Of a DNA stretch of 64,000 nucleotides, positions 1 through 9,360 are shown piece by piece. Each line of letters opens with the position of its first letter. The first letter of the stretch is position 1. The stretch covers positions 101,893-165,892 of the forward strand of contig JAKFCT010000014.1 of the NCBI GenBank assembly GCA_036676495.1, given 5' to 3'. Source of the DNA: Candidatus Sericytochromatia bacterium. GTDB lineage: Bacteria; Cyanobacteriota; Sericytochromatia; S15B-MN24; UBA4093. A program made the translations under genes and the position numbers. The notes beneath the pieces are model-generated. The model was not told the DNA's origin and made no database searches. It saw nothing but the letters and a program-made list of their open reading frames with translations.

Positions 1-794
1 CGGCCGAGCACCCGGCCCAAGGCGCGGGTGAACTCGGCATTCGTGACGGGGTTTGGAGCCGTGACGTTGACCGCTCCCTCCAGCGCCTCGGTGAAGATCG
101 CATGCTGGTAGGCCCCGATGAGATCGGCGAGTCCGATCCAGCTCATCCACTGACGCCCGCTGCCGATAACTCCCCCCACGCCCAGCTTGAAGGGGATCAG
201 CATTTGCGCGAGCGCTCCCCCGCGAGGGGAGAGGACGATGCCGGTGCGCATGTGAACGACGCGGACTCCCGCCTGACGGGCAGGCTCTGTGGCCGCCTCC
301 CAGTCGCGGCAAACGTCGGCGAGAAATCCCGAGCCGGGGGCACTTTCCTCCGTGAGGATCTCGTCCCCGCGATCGCCGTAGTACCCGATCCCCGACGCCG
401 AAACCAGGACCCGAGGGGGCTGACGCAACCTGGCGAGTGATTCGGCAATGAGCCGGGTTCCCTTCACCCGGCTTTCCAGAATCGCCGCCTTGCGCTCAGG
501 GGTCCAGCGCCCCCCGGCGATGCTCTCGCCCGCGAGGTGCACGACCACATCCACTCCCTCCAGGCGCTCGAGTTCGATCTCCGAACTCCTCGGATTCCAG
601 TAGATCTCATGGGCCTGTGGCGATCGCCGGACCAGCGGCAGAATCTCATGACCCCCGCTCGCAAGGAAGTCGGAAAGCTCCGCCCCGATGAACCCCGAGG
701 CCCCAGTGATGGCGATCCGCTGCCGCCCCACGGAGGCGACGCGCTCATGCCGGGAGTCGGCCTCACGGCTCCGAGACGGTCGATTTCGAAACAT
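1..794 (-). CDS. TIGR01777-family NAD-dependent epimerase/oxidoreductase (3' end runs off the window)
   Basis: Hand translation from ATG at 794 (AGGAGG upstream): IAITGASGFIG, VVHLAGESIAGGRWT, SASGIGYYG, GSGRQWMSWI, VNVTAPNPVTNAEF; open to the window edge. Confidence 0.9.
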   Translation of the reverse strand, partial: MFRNRPSRSREADSRHERVASVGRQRIAITGASGFIGAELSDFLASGGHEILPLVRRSPQAHEIYWNPRSSEIELERLEGVDVVVHLAGESIAGGRWTPERKAAILESRVKGTRLIAESLARLRQPPRVLVSASGIGYYGDRGDEILTEESAPGSGFLADVCRDWEAATEPARQAGVRVVHMRTGIVLSPRGGALAQMLIPFKLGVGGVIGSGRQWMSWIGLADLIGAYQHAIFTEALEGAVNVTAPNPVTNAEFTRALGRVLG

Positions 795-847
795 GGCAAT
801 CCTCCTGCGGGGACTCAACGGCGCACGGTCATGCGATCGGAACGACC

Positions 848-1171
848 CTAATGATAATGGAGCGCGAGCCAAACCGTCGGCTGCTTCGCGTCCGTCCATT
901 CCACCCGGTGGCGGCAACGCGAGGGGATCCAGACATAATCTCCCGGCGCGAGCACCTGCTCATCGTCCTCCCCCTCGAAGCGAAGCGCCGCCCGTCCCGA
1001 TAGTAGCAGGACCCATTCACTCCGTTCCTGCTGCAGCCACTCCCCGGGGGGCGTCGCTTGGCCCGTCGAGACGATGCGCTCCAGCGTCATCCCGTCGTGC
1101 TCCAGCAGCGGCTCGAAGACCTCTGAGTCACGATCGGTCGGCAATTCCACGAAAAGGTTTCGAGCGTTCAA
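848..1171 (-). CDS. Cupin domain protein
   Basis: LERIVSTGQATPPGEW...EWVLLLSGRA...LAPGDYVWIP...HRVEWT cupin signature; TTG start overlapping the TetR stop, GGAGG upstream. Confidence 0.85.
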   Translation of the reverse strand: MNARNLFVELPTDRDSEVFEPLLEHDGMTLERIVSTGQATPPGEWLQQERSEWVLLLSGRAALRFEGEDDEQVLAPGDYVWIPSRCRHRVEWTDAKQPTVWLALHYH

Positions 1172-1788
1172 TGACCTTCCTCCCGAGCGTACGGAGCCAT
1201 GCCCTGCAGGCGCCATGTCCATCCTGCGGCTTCTTCGGCCGTGAAGTACTGCGTATGGTCCAGCCACCAGACCATCGCTCCCAACAGGCCGCTCGCCAAG
1301 AGGCGAGCCGTCAGGGTTGGCGGCACCCCCGGCGTGTTGCGTGTGAGGGGCACCGTCGCGGGAAGCCGCGTCACATAGGTGCCGATCATCTGCTCCAGGT
1401 ACGCGATCATCTGCTCCCGGAAGAACGCGCTTCCCCCCGAGCCCAAGACCCTTCGGAAAAAGTCGCCTTCCTGTTCGACGCGGATGAAGAGGGCGACCAG
1501 GAAGGAGGGCGGCAACGCCGTGCGGAAATCCGGAATCTCGGACACGAATTGGGCCGCTTCGACGCTCATGAGGGCGACCAGGTCCTCCACGATGCTCGCC
1601 AGCATCGCCTCCTTATCCCGGAAATGCTGATAGAAGGTTGCTCGGTTCACTCCGGCCTGGGCCGTCAAGTCCGAGATCGTGACGGCTTCATAAGCGCGCT
1701 CTTGCATGAGCATCTTCATAGCGTTCTGTAGGGCGAGACGGGTCCGACGGACCCGTGGATCGGCTAGCTTCTTCGACATAATCAACAC
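1168..1788 (-). CDS. TetR/AcrR family transcriptional regulator
   Basis: DPRVRRTR...VTISDLTAQAGVNRATFYQHFRDK HTH; start could be 1779. Confidence 0.92.
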   Translation of the reverse strand: MLIMSKKLADPRVRRTRLALQNAMKMLMQERAYEAVTISDLTAQAGVNRATFYQHFRDKEAMLASIVEDLVALMSVEAAQFVSEIPDFRTALPPSFLVALFIRVEQEGDFFRRVLGSGGSAFFREQMIAYLEQMIGTYVTRLPATVPLTRNTPGVPPTLTARLLASGLLGAMVWWLDHTQYFTAEEAAGWTWRLQGMAPYAREEGH

Positions 1789-1860
1789 ATCCGTAGTTTA
1801 CCGCAACCAATATTAAACCCATTATACGCTGCGGTTTTCTACGGATCGAGGCATGATTAA

Positions 1861-1879
1861 AACAACAGATTGTTGGTTT
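1861..1879. promoter_or_regulatory. Candidate TetR operator (CAACA-N3-TGTTG) in the divergent tetR/cytochrome c intergenic region
   Basis: Imperfect palindrome AACAACAGATTGTTGGTTT in an AT-rich tract. Confidence 0.5.
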
Positions 1880-1964
1880 ACTATCCCCGCCACGGGTGGC
1901 GACTTTACCCCGGGGGGAAAGCTCTTTACCGCGTTCTCCTCATGACGATGGAAAGGAAGCGTGA

Positions 1965-2405
1965 ATGATCGCTCCGAACTGGAAGACCAAGGCCGCGCTG
2001 GGCATGCTCTTACTGGGCGTCCTGGGAGGCGCCGGCTGCAGTTCCGACTCGACGGAGTCGAAGGCCCCGGAGATACCCGCCGGCATCATCCACCACGATG
2101 CGCCCCCCGCGGCCGAAATCGAGGGCGAGAGAATCAAGCAAAAGCAGGCCTTGGGCGCCGGTCAGTACGAAAGCCCCAAGCAGATGTATCAGACCACGTG
2201 CGCCCAGTGCCATGACACCGGCGTGGGCCCCGTCCTCTTCGGCCGTTCGCTGGACGCGAACTACATCGCCTTCACGATGCGCCACGGACGGAACGGCATG
2301 CCCGCCTTCATGCCTAGCGATTACTCGGATTCCGATGTCCAGCAACTGGCCACGTGGATCGGTAAGCAGCCCAAGCCCGAACTGGCCGAAGGAGGTGCCC
2401 AGTGA
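1965..2405 (+). CDS. pchC: Monoheme cytochrome c, PchC-like subunit, probable lipoprotein
   Basis: CAQCH heme motif, GVGPVL, RHGRNGMPAF axial Met; N-terminal signal ending GAG-C; adjacent to a PchF-like gene. Confidence 0.8.
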   Translation: MIAPNWKTKAALGMLLLGVLGGAGCSSDSTESKAPEIPAGIIHHDAPPAAEIEGERIKQKQALGAGQYESPKQMYQTTCAQCHDTGVGPVLFGRSLDANYIAFTMRHGRNGMPAFMPSDYSDSDVQQLATWIGKQPKPELAEGGAQ

Positions 2406-3127
2406 ACTTCAACCGTCGTGAGTTTATCGCCGCATCGGCGGTTCTCGGCGCCGCGGCAGCCTTGGCTCCCAAACTGACGGGACCTTCCTCATGGTTTGGT
2501 GACGCCAAGTCTGCCGACCAATCCGTATCCGGCCTTCAGATCCTGCGCTCCGCCCAGGCGGAACCCGAAACGTTTGAAAAAGGGGTTCTCAGGTCGCTGG
2601 AGGCGGCAGGGATGGCCACCTCCAAGATTGCCACCCGCACGCTTTCCGGCAAGATGGGCTGGCAGGAATGGCAGTCCCTCACCGCCATGGCCCCGGGAAC
2701 GGTGCTCGTCGGGATGGTCTCGGAGGCGGAATTCATCCTCGTCAACGAGCTCTTCCGCGAAACGAGCGCCCGCGTCCTGAGCCAAGGCAACCACCAGACC
2801 GGAATAGCGGCTCATACCCGCCATGCGTTCAAGACGACCGATGCCAGCGCGGGACTGGGAGGCGTCTTCGCCCAGTGGCTGAAGCAAGCGCACCAGCATG
2901 CGTTCATTCAGGAAATCTCGACCCGGAAGGCGACGCTGTCTCTGCCGCGCTCTGGAAAGACCGACGCGCAGACGGGCGACTGGTCCGAACTACTTGGGCG
3001 CGCCCTGGGACAAGTCGCCCTCGGCCGCTGGGAGCCCGGCAGGATCGAGAGCCGTATCACGGTGGGCGCCGGTGATGCCTTCACCACGCCCAAGGCCGGA
3101 TTCGTTTCGTTCGTCGCCTCGGTTTAG
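2402..3127 (+). CDS. Tat-signal accessory protein, PchX-like
   Basis: NRREFI twin-arginine motif plus hydrophobic stretch; lies between cytochrome and flavoprotein as pchX does; 4-nt overlap with upstream gene. Confidence 0.7.
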   Translation: MNFNRREFIAASAVLGAAAALAPKLTGPSSWFGDAKSADQSVSGLQILRSAQAEPETFEKGVLRSLEAAGMATSKIATRTLSGKMGWQEWQSLTAMAPGTVLVGMVSEAEFILVNELFRETSARVLSQGNHQTGIAAHTRHAFKTTDASAGLGGVFAQWLKQAHQHAFIQEISTRKATLSLPRSGKTDAQTGDWSELLGRALGQVALGRWEPGRIESRITVGAGDAFTTPKAGFVSFVASV

Positions 3128-3178
3128 CGCCGTCGCTTTCGGGTTCGCTTCCGGCGGACTCGCTTGAAAGGACACCCC

Positions 3179-4717
3179 ATGGAACTCAAACCCACCTTAC
3201 CCAAGGGCGTCTCCAAGGCGCTTTTCACCCGGGCTGTTGGCGAGTATCGCGCCCTGCTGGGCGACGCGAACGTGATCGTCGACGTCGAGCGACTCGCGCC
3301 CTACACCAAGATCATGCTGGCGGTGCCCGAGGCCCGTCACCAGCCTTCGGGCGCCTTGATCGTATCGAGCGTCGACCAGGTGCAGAAGGTGCTCGCCATC
3401 TGCAACAAGTACAAGATACCCGTCTGGCCTATCTCGACGGGCCGCAACTTCGGCTACGGTTCGGCCGCCCCCGCGACGGCCGGGCAACTCGTGCTGGACA
3501 TGCGTAAGATGAACAAGATCATCGAGGTCGACCCCGAGCTGGGAACGGCCTTGGTCGAGCCGGGCGTCACCTACGTGCAGCTTCAGGAGTACCTCAACGC
3601 CAATAACCTCCCCTATTGGACAAGCTTTCCCTCGTCGGGCGGTATCGCGGGCCCGATGGGCAACATCCTCGAACGCGGCGCCGGCTACAACCGCACGGGT
3701 GAGCATGCCGCCAACTTCTGCGGCATGGAGGTCGTGCTGGCCGACGGAACGCTGGTGCGCACCGGCATGGGCGGCGTTTCAAACACCACGGCTTGGCAGG
3801 CCTACCGCTGGGGGCTCGGCCCCTGGGTAGATGGCATCTTCCTGCAATCCAACTACGGCGTCGTGACCAAGATCGGCGTCTGGCTGATGAAGAAGCCCCC
3901 CGCTCACCTGTTCTTCGTCGTCGCGTACCCCGACATGGAGACCATGGGCCGCGGGGTCGACGTGATGCGCGACCTGCGCCTCAGCAACATCCTCGAGACG
4001 GGTATCGTCGGCACGACGTCCTACGTCCTCGCCGCCACCCTCAAGCGTTCCGCCATCTACCGGGGCGAAGGCTCGATTCCCGAGGACGTCTACGCCGAGT
4101 TCCTCAAATCCCAGCAGCTTCCCCCATACGCGGGCCTGAGCGTACTCTACGGCACCGAGGAGCGAATCGCGGCCGACTTCAAGGTCGTCAAGGCAGCCTT
4201 CGAGAAAGTCGGCGGCACGGTCATCAATGAAGGGCCGCTGCTGGATGCCCCCGGAGTCTCCCACTGGCACCAGAACATGGTCGGCAACCCCAGCCTCGAG
4301 GAGTTCGGCATTTACAACTTCCGCGGGGGCGGCGGTTCGATGTGGTTCGCCCCGGTCGTCCCAGCCCGCGGCCACGAGGTCGTCAAGGTCCTGTCGCTGA
4401 TCGACGGGATCTTCCGAAAGTACGGCTTCGACGTCGCCGGAGGCCTCCTGGTGTACGGCCGCCACCTCGATATGGTCGTGGACCTGCTCTTCGATCGCTC
4501 GAATCCCGAGGAGATGAAGCGCGCCTACGATTGCTTCAACGAATGCCTCGAGGCCTGCACCCGCGAGGGCTACGGCCTGTACCGCGTCAACACCGCGTTC
4601 ATGGACAAGGCCAAGAAGGCCTTCGGGCCGGCCCAGCAAGACCTTCACATGCGCCTGAAGAAGGCGCTCGACCCCAACGGAGTCATCGCGCCGGGCAAGT
4701 CCGGCATCACCGTGTAA
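3179..4717 (+). CDS. pchF: VAO/PCMH-family flavoprotein (4-cresol/alkylphenol methylhydroxylase flavoprotein subunit)
   Basis: ISTGRNFGYGSAAP, VEPGVTY, CGMEVVLADG, EFGIYNFRGGGGSMWFAPV (covalent-FAD Tyr region), ALDPNGVIAPGKSGI; AAAGGA RBS before ATG 3179. Confidence 0.9.
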   Translation: MELKPTLPKGVSKALFTRAVGEYRALLGDANVIVDVERLAPYTKIMLAVPEARHQPSGALIVSSVDQVQKVLAICNKYKIPVWPISTGRNFGYGSAAPATAGQLVLDMRKMNKIIEVDPELGTALVEPGVTYVQLQEYLNANNLPYWTSFPSSGGIAGPMGNILERGAGYNRTGEHAANFCGMEVVLADGTLVRTGMGGVSNTTAWQAYRWGLGPWVDGIFLQSNYGVVTKIGVWLMKKPPAHLFFVVAYPDMETMGRGVDVMRDLRLSNILETGIVGTTSYVLAATLKRSAIYRGEGSIPEDVYAEFLKSQQLPPYAGLSVLYGTEERIAADFKVVKAAFEKVGGTVINEGPLLDAPGVSHWHQNMVGNPSLEEFGIYNFRGGGGSMWFAPVVPARGHEVVKVLSLIDGIFRKYGFDVAGGLLVYGRHLDMVVDLLFDRSNPEEMKRAYDCFNECLEACTREGYGLYRVNTAFMDKAKKAFGPAQQDLHMRLKKALDPNGVIAPGKSGITV

Positions 4718-4730
4718 AGGAGTGTCACCC

Positions 4731-5513
4731 ATGCAGAAGGACCTCAACTTCGAGGAGAAGGTTGTCCTCATCACCGGAGCCGCCACGGGAATCGGCCGCG
4801 CCACCGCCCTGGCTTTCGCCGAGCGCGGAGGCACCCTCGTCATCGGCGATATGAACGAGGCCGGAGCCCAGGAGACCGTCGAGCTTGCCAAGCAGAAGGG
4901 CGCAATGGCCACCTTTCTGAAGACCGACGTGAGCGATTACGCTGACGTCGCCAAGCTGGTCGAGATGGCCGTCAGCACGTATGGTCGCTTGGATTGCGCC
5001 TTCAACAACGCCGGCATCGCCGCTCCGGCCGCCTTGCTTCACGAGATGGACGAGGCCAGCTTCGATCGGGTCATCGCCGTGGACCTCAAAGGCGTCTACA
5101 ACTGCCTTCACCACGAGCTCAAGCACATGGTGAAGGCCGGAAAGGGCGCCATCGTGAACACGGCCTCCGTCGCCGGCCTGATCCCCGAGCCGGGCCTGGC
5201 CAACTACGTCGCGGCCAAGCACGGTGTCATCGGCCTGACCAAGACGGCGGGGCTGGACTACGCCTCCCGCGGCATCCGGGTCAACGCCGTTGCCCCCGGT
5301 TGGGTGGAGACCCCCATGACCCGCGGCATGGAAGACATCCCTGGCTTCTGGGATCACCTCACCCAGGGGGCCCCCATCCACCGCCCGGCGCAGCCCGAGG
5401 AGATCGCCGGCACCGTGCTCTTCCTCTGCTCGGAAGCATCGTCGTACACCACCGGCCAGACCTTCGTGATCGACGGCGGCCAGACCGTCAAGGGTCTCTT
5501 CCCCTACATGTAG
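4731..5513 (+). CDS. Classical short-chain dehydrogenase/reductase
   Basis: TGAATGIG, NNAG, YVAAK catalytic motif, VNAVAPG; AAGGAG RBS. Confidence 0.92.
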   Translation: MQKDLNFEEKVVLITGAATGIGRATALAFAERGGTLVIGDMNEAGAQETVELAKQKGAMATFLKTDVSDYADVAKLVEMAVSTYGRLDCAFNNAGIAAPAALLHEMDEASFDRVIAVDLKGVYNCLHHELKHMVKAGKGAIVNTASVAGLIPEPGLANYVAAKHGVIGLTKTAGLDYASRGIRVNAVAPGWVETPMTRGMEDIPGFWDHLTQGAPIHRPAQPEEIAGTVLFLCSEASSYTTGQTFVIDGGQTVKGLFPYM

Positions 5514-5540
5514 GCAGCCTCAGCGAGGCAGCACTCGTGA

Positions 5541-5575
5541 GACGTCCCGCCGGCTCTAAGAGCCGGCGGGACGTC
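5541..5575. terminator. Perfect inverted repeat with 17-bp arms between convergent genes (probable bidirectional terminator)
   Basis: GACGTCCCGCCGGCTCT-A-AGAGCCGGCGGGACGTC. Confidence 0.7.
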
Positions 5576-5593
5576 GCGATACCCGGACTGCGC

Positions 5594-7063
5594 CTAGAAC
5601 CAGCGGCTCATCACGACCTTGCGGTCGGTGTAGAACTCGATGCCATGCTTGCCATGGGCCTTGAGGTCCCCGAACATCGAGCCCTTGGCTCCCCCGAAGT
5701 TGAAGTAGCTCATCGGGGCGGCCACGCCGACGTTGATGCCGATCATGCTCGGCTCGGCCCGGTAGGCGAACTCCCGCGCCGTCTTCCCGCTCGCGGTGAA
5801 GATGGAGGTGGTGTTGCCGAAGGGATGAGCCTCGAGGATCGCCAGGGCATCCTCGAGCGACTCGGCGCGGAGCCAGGCCATGACCGGACCGAAGACTTCC
5901 TCGCGGGCGATCGTCATGTCGGGCTTGACCTTGTCGAAGAGGGTGGGCCCCAGGAAGTAGCCCTTGTTCTGACCATGGGACTTGCGGCCGTCGATCAGGA
6001 GCTCGGCACCCTCGTCGATGCCCCGCTGGATGAGGCCGAGGATGCGGTCCTTAGAGGCTTGCGAGATCACGGGGCCCAGCTCGGTGCCCGTGTCCATGCC
6101 GTTGCCGACCTTGATCCGCTTGATGCGCTCGAGCAAGGGAGCCTTGAACTTCTCGTAGGCCGCGCCCACGAAGATCAGGGTGGATCCCGCCAGGCAGCGC
6201 TGTCCCGCGCAGCCGAAGCAGGACTCGACCAGCGCGTCCACGCTCTTGGCCACGTCGGCATCCGGCATCACCACCACGAAGTTCTTGGCGCCGCCCAGGG
6301 CCTGCACGCGCTTGCCGTGCTTGGCGGCAGTCTCGTAGACGAACTGGGCCACGGGGCTGGACCCCACGAAGGAGACGCCCTGGATCAGCGGGTGCTCGCA
6401 CATGCCCTTGACGATCTCCTTGCCGCCGTTGACGAGGTTGACCACGCCCGGCGGCAGTCCTGCCTCATCCAGCAGCTCGAAGATCCGCTGCATGGAAAGC
6501 GGCACTTGCTCGGAAGGCTTCAGGACGAGCGTATTGCCGGTGGCGATGCAATGGGGAAGGAACCAGAGCGGCACCATCGGGGGGAAGTTGAACGGGGCGA
6601 TGACCGCGAAGACGCCCAGGGGACGGCGGTAGGCCACGCAGTCGATCCCCTTGCCGACGTCCTCCAGCGATTCCCCCTGCATCAACGAGGGGATGCCGCA
6701 CGCCACGTCCACAGAGTCGATGCCGCGCCGCAGGTCGCCGCGCGCCTCGGCCAGCGTCTTGCCGTGCTCGAGCGTGCAGATCTGGGCAATCTCCTCGAAG
6801 TTCTGCTCGAGCAGCATCTTGAACTTGAAGAGGTACTTGGCGCGCTCCGCCGGGGGCACCTGCCGCCAGCCGTAGAAGGCCTTCTGAGCGGCGCTGACGG
6901 CATCGTCGAGGTCGAGCATGGTCGACATCGGGATCCGGGCGAGGACCTCCTCGGTGGCCGGATTGACGACGTCGAGCAGTTCACTGGCCTTGGGCGCCGT
7001 CCACTTGCCGTTGAGGAAGTTGGAAAGCGTCTTGATCTGGGTTCCTTTGGACAACGTGGTCAC
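5594..7063 (-). CDS. mmsA: CoA-acylating (methyl)malonate-semialdehyde dehydrogenase
   Basis: IAPFNFPPMVPLW, SFVGSS, KRVQALGGAKN, FGCAGQRCLA, EEVFGPV, FGGAKGSMFGDL. Confidence 0.93.
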   Translation of the reverse strand: MTTLSKGTQIKTLSNFLNGKWTAPKASELLDVVNPATEEVLARIPMSTMLDLDDAVSAAQKAFYGWRQVPPAERAKYLFKFKMLLEQNFEEIAQICTLEHGKTLAEARGDLRRGIDSVDVACGIPSLMQGESLEDVGKGIDCVAYRRPLGVFAVIAPFNFPPMVPLWFLPHCIATGNTLVLKPSEQVPLSMQRIFELLDEAGLPPGVVNLVNGGKEIVKGMCEHPLIQGVSFVGSSPVAQFVYETAAKHGKRVQALGGAKNFVVVMPDADVAKSVDALVESCFGCAGQRCLAGSTLIFVGAAYEKFKAPLLERIKRIKVGNGMDTGTELGPVISQASKDRILGLIQRGIDEGAELLIDGRKSHGQNKGYFLGPTLFDKVKPDMTIAREEVFGPVMAWLRAESLEDALAILEAHPFGNTTSIFTASGKTAREFAYRAEPSMIGINVGVAAPMSYFNFGGAKGSMFGDLKAHGKHGIEFYTDRKVVMSRWF

Positions 7064-7091
7064 GGTTTGAACCTCCTATCGAATCGACGGC

Positions 7092-8408
7092 CTACTTCAC
7101 CCGCGTGAAAGCCGCGTCCAGCGCACTGATGGCTTCATCGACCTCGTTCATGGAAATCGTCATCGGCGGGGTCATGCGGATCACGTTGCCGTAGAGTCCC
7201 CCCTTGCCGATGACCAGGCCGTTCTCGCGAGCGGCTTCGACCACCCGCTGCAGCTCCTGCTTGGCCGGCTCCTTGGTCTTGCGATCCTTGACCAGCTCGA
7301 GGGCCTGCATCAGCCCCTTGCCCCGCACGTCCCCGATGAGCGTGTGCTTCGAGGCGAGTTCTTCGAGGCGCATGCGGAAGTACCCTCCGACGCGCGTCGC
7401 GTTGCCGGGGAGGTCGCGGCTCTCCATGGCGTCGAGGGTCGCGAGAGCGGCCGTCGAGGAGACGGGATTGCCCCCGAACGTGTTGAGATGCACCTTGCCG
7501 TTGAGGGCCGTCGCCACCTCTTCGTTGGTGATGACCCAGCCGATGGGAAGGCCGTTGGCCATGCCCTTGGCGCCGGTCATGAGATCGGGCTCGACGTCAT
7601 ACTGCTCGATCCCGAACCACTTGCCTCCCGTCCGGCCGAAGCCGGTCTGGACCTCGTCCGAGATGAAGAGGCCGCCGTATTTGCGGGCGATCGCCACCGC
7701 CTCCTTGAAGTAGTCCTGCGGAGGCGTGATGAACCCGCCCACTCCCTGGATCGGCTCGGCGATGAAGGCCGCGATTTCCCCGGAGGTGGTCGTCTGGATG
7801 ACCTCCTCGATGTCCTTGGCGCATTCCATGCCGCAGCTCGATGGGGTCTTGCCGAAGGGGCAGCGGTAGCAGTAGGCGTTCCGGGCATGGACGACCGGGA
7901 AGGCGTTGGGTTCGCCAATCCGCCACGGCGCATGCGCGGTCAGGGTCTGCACCCCGGCGGTGCCGCCCGAGTAGCAATGCCTCAAGGCCACCACCGTCTT
8001 GCGGCCGGTATGCGCCTGGGCCAGCTGGATGGCCTTCTCGTCGGCTTCCGAGCCCGAGTTGGTGAAGAAGCTCCGCTTGAGGCGGCCCGGGGTGATGCTC
8101 GCGAGCCGCTCCGCCAGCCGCGCCTGGGCCTCGATGGGGAAGAGCGTGCTCGTATGCTGAAGCGTGCGCATCTGGGCGATCGTCCGCTCGGTGATCTCCT
8201 CGTCGCAGTGTCCCACCGAGACGGTCACGATGCCGCCGAAGAAATCCAGGTACTCGCGGCCCTCGGCATCCTTGAGGCGGAAGCCCTTGCCCGAGACGAA
8301 GGGAAGCGGATCCTGATAATGCGAGCCCACGGACGGGAGCAGGTATTCCCGGTGCTTGGCGACGATCTCCTCGCGGGAGAGGTGGGTTTGGGTTTTTTCG
8401 ATGGCCAT
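7092..8408 (-). CDS. Class III PLP aminotransferase (beta-alanine/beta-aminoisobutyrate aminotransferase, AGXT2-like)
   Basis: YLDFFGGIVTVSVGH, FFTNSGSEA, EPIQGVGG, DEVQTGFGRTG, AKGMANG; context in the pyrimidine cluster. Confidence 0.88.
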   Translation of the reverse strand: MAIEKTQTHLSREEIVAKHREYLLPSVGSHYQDPLPFVSGKGFRLKDAEGREYLDFFGGIVTVSVGHCDEEITERTIAQMRTLQHTSTLFPIEAQARLAERLASITPGRLKRSFFTNSGSEADEKAIQLAQAHTGRKTVVALRHCYSGGTAGVQTLTAHAPWRIGEPNAFPVVHARNAYCYRCPFGKTPSSCGMECAKDIEEVIQTTTSGEIAAFIAEPIQGVGGFITPPQDYFKEAVAIARKYGGLFISDEVQTGFGRTGGKWFGIEQYDVEPDLMTGAKGMANGLPIGWVITNEEVATALNGKVHLNTFGGNPVSSTAALATLDAMESRDLPGNATRVGGYFRMRLEELASKHTLIGDVRGKGLMQALELVKDRKTKEPAKQELQRVVEAARENGLVIGKGGLYGNVIRMTPPMTISMNEVDEAISALDAAFTRVK

Positions 8409-8417
8409 GCTTCCCTC

Positions 8418-9287
8418 CTAGATCCGGACCATGTCGCCGTAGGTTTCCGGGCGGCGATCGCGGATGAACTGCCAGGTGTTCCGGACGTCCCGGATCAGGT
8501 CGAGGTCGAGGTCGGCCACGACCACCTCGTCCTTGTCGCGGCTGGCGATCGCCATGAACTCGCCCTTCGGGTTGACGAAGTAGCTCTGGCCGTAAAACTC
8601 GCCGATGTTCCAGGGCGCTTCGGTGCCGACCCGGTTGATGGCTCCGACGTAGACCTGGTTGGCCACGGCGTGCGCGGGCTGCTCCAGCTTCCAGAGGTAC
8701 TCCGACAAGCCGGCGACGGTGGCGGACGGGTTGAAGATGATTTCCGCGCCGTTCATCGCCAAGAGGCGCGCGCCCTCGGGGAAGTGACGGTCGTAGCAGA
8801 TGTAGACGCCGATGGTGCCATAGGCGGTTTTGAAGGTGGGATAGCCGAGGTTGCCGGGTTTGAAGTAGAACTTCTCCCAGAAGCCCGGAGCGCAGTGGGG
8901 GATGTGGTTCTTGCGGTACTTGCCCAGGTACTTGCCGTCGGCATCGATGACGGCGGCCGTGTTGTAGTAGACCCCGGGGAGGTCTTCCTCGTAGACGGGG
9001 ACCACGATCACCATGCGGTGCTTCTTGGCCAGTTCCTGCATCAGGACGATGGTCGGGCCTCCGGGAACGGGCTCCGCCGAGTCGTACCACTTGACGGTCT
9101 GCTCGGCGCAGAAGTAGGGCCCGTAGAAGATTTCCTGGAGGCAGAGGATCTGCACTCCCTTCGCAGCGGCCTCTTCGATCAGCTTCACGTGCTTGTCGAT
9201 CATGGCCTTCTTGATCTCGGCCACCGGTTTCTCGGGATGCTTGGGATTGCTCGCCTGGATGAGACCGCAACGAACGATTCTGGCCAT
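8418..9287 (-). CDS. Beta-ureidopropionase (nitrilase superfamily)
   Basis: CLQEIF, YRKNHIP, FWEKFYF, ICYDRHFPE catalytic E-K-C triad, RDRRPETY. Confidence 0.9.
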   Translation of the reverse strand: MARIVRCGLIQASNPKHPEKPVAEIKKAMIDKHVKLIEEAAAKGVQILCLQEIFYGPYFCAEQTVKWYDSAEPVPGGPTIVLMQELAKKHRMVIVVPVYEEDLPGVYYNTAAVIDADGKYLGKYRKNHIPHCAPGFWEKFYFKPGNLGYPTFKTAYGTIGVYICYDRHFPEGARLLAMNGAEIIFNPSATVAGLSEYLWKLEQPAHAVANQVYVGAINRVGTEAPWNIGEFYGQSYFVNPKGEFMAIASRDKDEVVVADLDLDLIRDVRNTWQFIRDRRPETYGDMVRI

Positions 9288-9360
9288 GTCAGCAATTCTC
9301 CATTCAGCGTGGGAAGGGAAGCGGGGGAAGCGGGGGAAACGCGAAAACTCCAGCCCGTGA

